Assembly: GCA_905178155.1 (NCBI GenBank)
Contig: CAJINV010000015.1
Coordinates: 2,067,730 to 2,131,729 of the forward strand
Direction: 5' to 3'
From: Amoebophrya sp. A120
Lineage: Eukaryota; Protista; Dinoflagellata
Length of the DNA: 64,000 nucleotides
How positions within the stretch are numbered: the stretch's first letter is position 1; every line of letters begins with the position of its first letter. The notes under the pieces are model-generated. The model was not told the DNA's origin. It did no database searches and saw only the letters and a program-made list of their open reading frames with translations. The position numbers and the translations under genes are program-made. Below, in pieces: positions 55,049-64,000 of the stretch.

Positions 55049-58000
55049 TCAACCTCCCCCAGAAGCCGCTGCACCCGCGCCCGGGGACCCACCCGCCTGC
55101 GCGGCCTTATCAAGAGTAAAAATGTCTGGGTCTGGAAGATTTCTAGATTTGTCGTGCATATTTTCCATGACCCATGATGTCTGTGATGCATGCCGTAGCA
55201 TCACAGATTTTTAGAGCGCTTCCTCATACCTATTTTTCCGCATGACAAATGCCATCTCCGCGGAGCACAAAATCTACTCCTCTTCCTGAGCGTTGCAATA
55301 CAAATCTTTTTCGAATCCAGAGACAGCATCACAAGTTTAGACTCTTCCAGACCCAGACATTTTTACATTTGATAGGACTTGGAGACCCACAATTTCTTGA
55401 CCGCGGTGGAAAACAGTTTGTGGAACGCAGATCCCCCCCATCGATATCAAATGTAAAAATGTCTGGGTCTGGAAGATTCTGAGACTTGTCATGCATGTTT
55501 TGCCTGGGCCATGATGTCTGTGATGCATGCCCTAGCATCACAGATTTCTGGAGGGCCTCGCGATGCCTATTCCGCATGACAAATGGCCTCTCCGCGTAGC
55601 AAAAATTACACTCCCTTTGCTGCTCACGCAATACAGATTTTTTTGGAATCCAAATTCAGCATCACAAACACAAGTTGCATTCTTCCAGACCCAGACATTT
55701 TTACACTAGATAACCGAGCAACGTGCCCCATGTTCGCGATGAGCTTCCCCAAAACCGACCTGGCCTATCAAATGCAAAAATGTCTGGGTCTGGAAACTTG
55801 TGATGCTAAAAGTGAATGGTAGACGGACTGCAATACGCAGCTATGCATGACAAATCTTCCGGCTCCCATGTCTTACGTATTCCGCATAGCAAACTGCGTT
55901 TTTGCATGACAGGTAAGAGGGCCTTTTCGTGCCTATGCAATACAGATTCTCAAGTCATGCCAGACAAGCATGACAAACTTGCATTCTTCCAGACCCAGAC
56001 ATTTTTACAGTTGATATGGCCACAGCTTGCACCAAACCGAGACCCCAGCTCTTCAAAATCGCGAGGTCAATGTAGTGTCGCAAACCAGATTCGTCCGAAG
56101 TTAAGAACGTATAAATGAGAATCCGCAACGCCGCCGGAAGGCCCAATGCGGTGGTTCTGGGGGTGTAGAAACGAAGAAACGTGCTCACTAGCAGCTTGGT
56201 GACGGCCCCGGCCACCATGGAGCAAATGGAAACGTGAAAAGAATGCGTGACGAAATGAAAAATGCTTTTCATAAAGGGCACCTTTTCCACGACAGTTTCC
56301 AACCAGTTGCGTGCCTGTTCTGGCGTTGTGTTCTTGTCTATTTTGGAAATTGCCGTTTTATCCTGGTCGTCTCCTTGAGCAGTTTGAGACGCAGACGGGA
56401 ACTTTGTGTCCAAGACCGACTGGACATTTTTCGTCATGCTCTCGAAGAACCTTCCAAGCGCGGAGGAACTCTGGACAGCGACAGCCCCCGCACTGGGGTT
56501 TTGCTCTTTGTCTTTGACTTTGTCCACCTCCACCTTCTCGCCAAATAATTTCTCCTCGAGGCCCTTTAAAGCTTCTGGATTTTCAACAGCCTCTTGGACC
56601 TTGATGTTGTCTCCTGTCACCGTTCGCTCAGCCAACTCCTGGTCCCACGTCTTCCCGACGCCACCTGGTGCACCAGAACCGTCTTCCAACAAGGAGCCCG
56701 CCCACGCCTGCAGGTCACCCGATTCCGATTGCGCCAACGTCCGCACTTGCCCTGTTGTAGCTGCGTCAAGATCATCCGTTTGCAAATCGTCAACATCATC
56801 TGCTTATGGATTGTGAAAGTGTCTGGGTCTGGAAGGTTGGAACTTGTAATGCTAGCCTTCCATACCTAGAAAATCTGTATTGCATAACCAACAAAAGTCG
56901 CAGCCTCTTTTGTCATGCAAAAACGCAGTCTCTCATGCGGATTGCCTAGTATGAGAAAACGTTTTGGGAAGTTGTCATGCCGGACTGCATTCGGTAGTGT
57001 GTTCATCATGCACATTTTAGCATCACAAGTTTCCAGACCCAGACATTTTTACATTTGATACTGCTCGGCGGCGGGACAGGAATTTCCTGGTTTGATGTTT
57101 CGACCTCGACGTCTTCAAATGCGGCGTCGTGCGTAAAAACGTGCCCATTCCAGAACTGTCATGCAGATTTACAATGAAGACAGGAACGTTTTTGATGCGG
57201 CATTTCCAGTCGTTTGTAGGAATTTGTAATGTTGTTGTGAAACAGGATAGTACGCAGATGGACATGGATTTGTAAAAATGCAGCTGTCCTTGTTGCCAAC
57301 TTGCACTATAGTACCTTCAGGACTGCAACTTGTCATGCGTGGCTCCCCAAACTCCTAGGCTTGTTTTGTAAAATCCCCCTCTTGATTCGTCTGGGGTGTT
57401 TATCTACTGGAAAAGAACAAATTAAAACACAGAGAAACTTCAAATTGCTATTTCCCATTCTGGGGTGGGGCGTTTTAACTTAGGATATGCGGAGGCTTTT
57501 GTTCTTCTCCCACAGCACTTCTGATCTCCTCGACGGCAAGATGAACACTACTTTCCAGGCCGTTTTCTGCTGAGCTCCTATCCTGTGCAAAAGTATCGTA
57601 CTCGTAGTAATCGTAGTCATGCATTACAAATTTCTTTCTCAAGTCAAATCCGCATCACAAATTTCATTTCTCATGCTGAGAAAATTTGTCATGCGATTAT
57701 TATACATTATATTCATGCGAAAAAAGAGGTAGACAGAGGGTCCCAGAGAGGTGGCCGAGAGGTCAAAAAGAGGTCGACAGAGGTAGAAAAGAGGTCGACA
57801 GAGGTGGAGAGGTGGCGCGGGACCCCGTTCGAGAGGGTCCGCGAGAGGGTGCGCGAATAAGGCCCGCAGTAAGCGCCCACCCTTAGGCGCCGCCTAAGTG
57901 GCACAGAGGGTGCAGAGAGGTCAAAAAGAGGGGGCGCGAGAGGTCGACAGAGGTGGAGGGAGGTGGCGCGAATAAGGGGCGACCTCTCGCGGACCCTCTT

Positions 58001-59772
58001 GGCCACCTCTCGGCCACCTCTGTCGACCTCTACCCGCGAGTATAGCCGGATTATTAGCGGGGACCCCAAAAGAGGTCAAAAAGAGGGTCTGCGAGAGGTC
58101 TGCGAGAGGGTAAAACACAAAGAAGCGGGCGCGAATCCGCATGGTGCTGCCAATATTTGCCATTGCAGGCCATTCGCGGACTTGTTTTCTTCGGCGCCTT
58201 TCCGCGCCACCCTCTCGCCCACCCTCTCGCGCCACCCTCTCGCGCCACCCTCTCGCGCACCCTCTCGCGCAACCCTCTCGCGCCACCCTCCCGCGCCACC
58301 CTCCCGCGCTACGCCCTCCCGCCGGGCGGCTTCTGTTCGCCCCCGGTGTTCTTTGCGGCTGCTCCCTGCGCAGAGCGCCCACAGGCGCGGGAAGCGCGCA
58401 AGTGGTCCTGCGGGTTGGCGCGGCGCAAACAGGGGGCAGGAATCCAGTATGTTTGGTTGTGCATAGGCCCTTGGCGTTGTGGTCCCATCGGCAAACAGTC
58501 TTGGCCCGGCCCAACAGCCTTGCGCTCCGGCGGCAGCCGGAGCATGGCTGGTTTATACTAGTACGATAGTTTTGCAAAGCATAGCTCCCCTGTTCCGACG
58601 ACGAGGAGGACAGCCGGCGGGCCAGAAAACCTTTGTTCGTTGCTGGTTCAACAACTATATGCTCTGCAAAAGTATCGTACTCGTACTAATTGCAAATATG
58701 CATGACAAATCTTGTTCCCAAAGCAAAACAGCATTACAAATGGCATTTGTCGTGCTGAGCTAATTTGTAATGCAATTTATACTACTACGATACTTTTGCT
58801 ATGCATAAACTATCGGGTCTACTGTCGTGACTGCGAGCGGCGCCGGGATGAATTGATGTGTTTCATCGGCCGCGGTCGTGGTTTCGAGGAAGCTGCTCTT
58901 CTTGCCGTTCTTTTCGCCGGGGTATCAAGTGCAAAAGTGTCTGGGTCTGGAAGATTGCCAGGTTTGTCATGCATATTTTGCATGACCCATGAGGTCTGGC
59001 GTGTAGGACATAGCATGACAGATTCTGCGTTAGTTCTCTCATGCCTATCCTGCATGAGAAACTGCCTCTCGATTAGGTCAAAAGTGGACAGCTTTTGGTA
59101 ATCATGCAACACAGATTTTTACATGATTCAGATCTAGCATGACAAGTTGCTTTGTTCCAGACCCAGACATTTTTGCATTTGATACGGGGAACAAGTGCTC
59201 TTGGATTTGCTTTATGATTTTGCCGGTCAAGGCCTCGCCATTAAGGACCTTCAGGCGGTTATGGGAGTGTCAGGATCGAAATCGTCAGAGTTGAAATAAT
59301 TTGTGATGCAAAAAATGCAACCCACAGAACAATGCCTGTCTTGCATAGTAGGCAAGGGAGGCAGATTGTAAGCCTGTTGAGGGGTAAGAACTGAGCTGTT
59401 AAAGTAGCATGACAGCAGGCGTCTTCCTTATCCAAACAGCATGACAGGCTGGAGTTCACTTCTACCCAAATTTACCATGCGCGGCCACTTGGAAGCTCGG
59501 TTACAACTGGCATCCATTTTATCTTATGCATGGCAAACCGTTTCAACTTTGACAATTTCAATCCTGACACTTCCATAGAGGTGATCTTTGGCCATGTCAA
59601 AAAAATTTCCGTAAATCGTGTCGCCCAACTCTTTGACTTCTTTCGGAGCATCATCATCATCATCATCATCATCACTGGTTGTGGTTCCTTCCAACAATGA
59701 TGATTCATCTCCGGCATCGTATGAATGCTTAAAATATAATTTGCCCCCCCATAAACCATGTTTTATTTTCAA
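55049..59772 (-). CDS. Hypothetical protein with SSLLE/SSFLE motifs and amphipathic/hydrophobic C-terminal helices; 8 TIR introns plus one other; 5' end not found
   Basis: Junctions in frame after removing element plus 5 nt (KDHL|LKVL, LFP|GEKN, PIV|VEPA, AVA|RSVL, VAR|WGGS, VSKS|AQAG); stop TGA at 55049-55051. Confidence 0.7.
55108..55374. mobile_element. Family-A TIR introner
   Basis: TSD GGCCT/GGACT. Confidence 0.92.
55445..55712. mobile_element. Family-A TIR introner
   Basis: TSD ATCGA/ACCGA. Confidence 0.92.
55766..56016. mobile_element. Family-A TIR introner
   Basis: TSD TGGCC/TGGCC. Confidence 0.93.
56805..57060. mobile_element. Family-A TIR introner; empty site in paralogue at ~52384
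   Basis: TSD CTGCT/CTGCT. Confidence 0.95.
57579..58583. mobile_element. Family-B TIR introner with nested insertion
   Basis: TSD GCTCC/GCTCC. Confidence 0.92.
57697..58551 (+). mobile_element. Nested hairpin-ended element with AGAGG-rich and 13-bp (CGCCACCCTCTCG) minisatellites
   Basis: Absent from the family-B consensus; stem GCTCCGGC/GCCGGAGC at 58524-58543, 8 nt from the end. Confidence 0.65.
58658..58807. mobile_element. Family-B TIR introner
   Basis: TSD AACTA/AACTA. Confidence 0.93.
58923..59184. mobile_element. Family-A TIR introner
   Basis: TSD CGGGG/CGGGG. Confidence 0.93.
59260..59577. mobile_element. Family-C TIR introner
   Basis: TSD GCGGT/GAGGT. Confidence 0.92.
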
Positions 59773-59823
59773 GAAAACGGTTTCTACTCGATCTCGTTTT
59801 ACCTTGAATTTGATCTTGACACA

Positions 59824-60126
59824 CCGAGCATTTCAATAGAATTTCTGGTTGCAAGTTGCATGTTCCGAGCTTTGCAATATGGCAACACCGAGCTTTGCAA
59901 TTGACCACACTTGAGGCTATTTGAGTTCAAGTAGCAACCGATTTGCCTTCAAGTAGAAACCGATTTGCCTTCAAGTAGAAACCGATTTACCTTGCAGAAA
60001 AACCGAATTACCTTCCAGAAAGCCGAGACTCGCCTTCAAGAAAACCACAACTTATTCGCGCAGTCAGCTTCACCGGGCTAACTGCGCGAATAGTTGTGGT
60101 TTATTACAGAACCACAACTATTCGCG
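59824..60126. repeat. Cluster of short direct repeats and a ~27-bp-arm hairpin
   Basis: CCGAGCTTTGCAAT x2-3; 22-bp TTCAAGTAGAAACCGATTTGCC x3 plus decayed copies; hairpin 60042-60102. Confidence 0.85.
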
Positions 60127-61294
60127 AACATCCACTATTGGCCATGAACAACGACATACAATAACGGCGCATGCGACCGCGGATCGATCTGCGGCACTAC
60201 TGTTGGAGAACAACATTATTCCATTTGTTTCCTCCTCCCTTCTACGTGTTCAATGTCAGCTGCTTCAACTTTGGTTCGAAAAAGTTTTTCGTAGTGCATG
60301 CTGCCGACCACGAGAAAAACAAATGTTCAGTGATGATGCTAAGTTCGCCTAACTTTCACATCATGTTTTTATCATGCGTCAATCTGAAATGCAGAGAGAC
60401 ACATGATCAACCGAAGGTGCATAACGTCCAACCTTTCTATATGTTCCTCCGCGGAGATGGAGTTCATCGTAGATGTGCAATGGACATGGAGTTCATCGTG
60501 TCTAGGAAACAATAGAAAGGTAAACCGATGGAGATGGTTTGGGACGGAGAGAAAAGAATGTTCCATACAAACACTGGCAGCGCCCAGCATACCAGTGTGA
60601 AGAGATAATATCATGATGCCCCTAAGTGCGGGGCGGACAGGTGAGTTGGGAAGCCTCTTCCCTTACAAAGAAAAATTATTTTTTTTCAAATACGAGCTCG
60701 AAGTAGCAGTAAAAAATCAAGTAGCTACGAGAGTACGGATGTACTTTCGTAACTACCTGATACAAACAGAGATGGACGAATAGATACGTCACAAATTAAG
60801 ACCTTGCATTTTCATAATGTAAAAATAAAATTATTTGTGTGGGAGGTGGGGCACAGATGTTGTCAAGATCGCACACCTCCCGAAAAGCAGCTGTAGGCGA
60901 TGGTGATGGTGTTACATCACTCATCTATCAATTTCTATAGAAATATTTTAATTTCTAAATTCAAATTTTTTGTGAAGTCGACAGTAAAAAGCCCAGTCTC
61001 CAACACCCTGGAGATCTGGGTAAAATTGAAAGTGTTGACAACGAAAGTGATCCGCGAAGGATCACTTCCGACGTCAAATAAAACGATGTTTTTTTTCTAA
61101 AACAAAAAATTAAAACTCTAATTTTGTAGTGCGAAACGACATCTGTGATTCCAAATTCCACTGATTGCACGGGAGCGCTATCAGTCGGAAAAATACCTCA
61201 CAGTACAACCATAGAGCCCATGCTAGTTGATCAAGATCAAATATATGCAAGGACTGCGACAGCTATCGAAGAAAGATTTTTTTTCAAATCACAT

Positions 61295-64000
61295 CTACTC
61301 CTCGTTCTCCTCGACCATCCAGAACTCATCCAAGGTGTTGCACCGGCTGCGCTTCGCGGGTTCCTCCACGACCTCAAAATCCTCCGTGGCAGCGCGCGGA
61401 CGCAACGCTCCCGTGCGGGAGACCAACGGGTTGTTCACGAAGTCGACCACCGGGGGGACGTACGACGACGAAGCGGAGCTGCTGCTGCTCGCAGCGCGGG
61501 TAGAACCCGCCTTACCCTTCTTCTTGTCATTCGCGTCTTCGGCCTCGGAGGAGGTGAGCAGGTTCTTCTCCGGGTACATGGAGGTGAACGGGTTCTGTCC
61601 GATGTACTCGTCCATCGCGTTGATACCTTCGGCCACGGCCTTGCCGGCTTTGGCGGTAACCTTCTTCTCCTTCTTGGTCGGGTCTTCCTTGATCTCGGTC
61701 GGAAACCAGGTGGTGAAGGTGACGCCGCGGATCGTGAACGACTCCTTCGAGAAGCGGATCTGCTGGGCCGACTTGTTCGGCTTGAAGTCCATGGCGATCT
61801 CACGGGCAAACGCCGTCGCGTACTTGTGGGCCATCGGGGAGGTTTTCGAACGAAATTCGATCGCCACCGGAATCTTGATCGGAATCACCAACATTTTTTT
61901 CAAAACAGTGGCTTCCGCGATCCACGGCTCCCCGGACTTGAGGCTGGCGGCCGGAATGGAGGTGTTGTAGTAGTCGCGGTTCAAGTCCAAGCAGTCCGCC
62001 GGCATCTGTGGTTTTTAGTTTGTATGTGTGTGAAAATGATCGAAAAGAAGCCCTTGAAATGATAGTAGATAGATGTAGTTTCTTGCTGTTGTTTGGGGTA
62101 GCGACTTAGACTCAGCACCACGACACAACAGGCGAAGGGCGAAATAGTGGTAGTGCGAAGCGGTCCCATATAAACTGTTTCACTGGCATTTAAAATAGAG
62201 TCTGAGCCAAGATTGTCTTTAGTCAGTGCGAGCACAGCTTCGCAGCCGTAACGCACTGACTCTGAAAAGCGGGCCGCATCATGGTAACGCTATAAAGCAA
62301 CACTCTTTTGTGCATGAACAAGCTGCACTTCGCCCTGAAAGTGCTGTGTAAGAAAACTATTGTGCCTTGAATTCGTGGAAGAGAGGCGGAAGACCCCATC
62401 TTCGGATTTCGACTGGCATCCACCTTACGAACAACCATTCACGAAATTCTGGCGGAGCAAGATCAAGACTCCAAACAAATTCAGGATGTACGTCCAGCTG
62501 GGTGATCTTCTGGAACAGGACCAAGGCGAACCAGCGGTCACTCTCCGCACCCTTCAACGCGTCCTGCAGGACCTTGAGGCTGTCGTTGTAGCGGTCTTCG
62601 ATCTTCGTCATCGCCTTGACATGGTTCTCCTTCATCTCGACGATCTGGCGGTTGGCCTCCGCGGTCTCATTGATGCTGATCTGTAGTGTAATTTTGCGGA
62701 CTGCAATTGATCTGGAACATGAGTTTGAACTTGAAAAAAAATGCTGGCATTGATGCATAATAGTAATGCAGTGCTGCAATACGAACTCATGCGCATGGTG
62801 CTAAAATATATGAGTGCATAAAAATTTGCTACTGCGTGGTACTAAAGTATCTGACTGCATGGCACCAAAGTATATGACTGCAGTGTCGATGTTGAAGTTG
62901 TAGTTGACCTTTAAACTGAAGGTGTAGATGGTGTTGATATGTAGCAATAATACCTTGGCTTTCTTGCGCTCCTTCGCGGCCGCCTCGATGGACTTCGACA
63001 GCGCGCGTCCTTCCTCCTTCTGCTGGCGATTCAGGGCGGCTTTTTCTTCCTTGTAGCGGGTGGTGAGTTCTTTCATCGAGTCCTTCAAAGCTTTGATTTC
63101 CGGGCTGCTGGTCTTCCCTTTGATCTGGGCGCACTGACCGTCGAGCTTTCCGATCTTCGGATCCTTCTTATCCACATCAGTCTTCACCTGGGTTCCCTCG
63201 CCGAACGCCGGCAAAGAGGTATCAAACACGTCGGCAAACCGCACCACAATAGTCCCCGGCATCTCCCCGCAGATGAAGACGATGGTGAACTTGAACTGGC
63301 TCTCCAACTCTTTCAACACCGCGTTCTCTTCCTTCAGCTCCTTGCTGCGGGCACCGAAGCTCCAGTCGACGTTGCAGATCAAAAACGCTTCAGCGGGGGT
63401 CTTGGCGCACACGTAGTCACCGACCTTGGCGCCCTTGGTCTGTGATATACGTTTACGTTTAGATTGCAGCGCCAGTTGTCGTTGATACTAAAACGACAGC
63501 TACATCAACAGCAACATCATCGTCAACATCTTCAAGCGGAATGGCGGGCGACATTCGTTTCACTCTTGGACGCGCACGCGCGATCATCTTTATCTTTGAG
63601 TTTGACTGTGACGTCGACATTGATAAAGATGATAGTGCGAAACCGAAAACGAATTACATGATCTATGGCCGTGTCGCCTTTCGCTTCCGCTTGAAGTTGA
63701 AGCATTGCCCCATTGTTATTGTAAAAAAGAAATGTAGATAATGATAAAGATAATGATAAAGATATACCTCCCAGGTGACAGCACCGCGTTCGATCATCAT
63801 GTCTTCGCCATCATCGGAGGAGCTCGACTCCGGGTCGTCCTGGGCCGCGGGCGCCTTGATCGCCAGCTGGGTCTTTTTCTTCTTTTCATCCTTTTCCTTA
63901 TCTTCCTTCTTCTTCTTCGCAGGCTTAGAGGCGTTGCGGATCACTTCGCTGATGAGGTAGGCCAAAAATCTGTTCTTGTCCGAATCCGCAGGCTCCGAGC
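61295..64000 (-). CDS. Hypothetical Lys/Glu-rich coiled-coil protein with canonical GT-AG introns; exons 63768->64000, 62954-63439, 62492-62680, 61295-62005; 5' end outside window
   Basis: Phase-0 GTA donors and CAG acceptors join four ORFs in frame; strong C/G-ending codon bias; AT-rich introns. Confidence 0.7.

Overview
Eukaryotic genomic DNA. The gene style, one-strand gene orientation and intron type point to a syndinian dinoflagellate such as Amoebophrya (inference). All eight reconstructable genes lie on the minus strand apart from duplicated fragments. They include VPS4 (11150-16286), a DNAAF9/Shulin homologue (38338-50404), a ~3,400-aa secreted multidomain protein with a C-terminal alpha/beta-hydrolase (17401-34029) and two paralogous EF-hand-like membrane proteins. 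The dominant system is ~60 copies of at least 10 families of short non-autonomous TIR elements acting as non-GT-AG introns (introners). Nearly all run TAT...ATA, are flanked by a 5-bp target-site duplication (TSD) and share an internal GCAT(G/C/T)ACAAA motif. They occur in either orientation, and removing the element plus one TSD copy restored the reading frame at nearly every junction I checked. A second layer of hairpin-ended, minisatellite-bearing and retro-like insertions sits nested inside these introns. Coordinates were read by eye, and splice points can slide within the 5-bp duplication.
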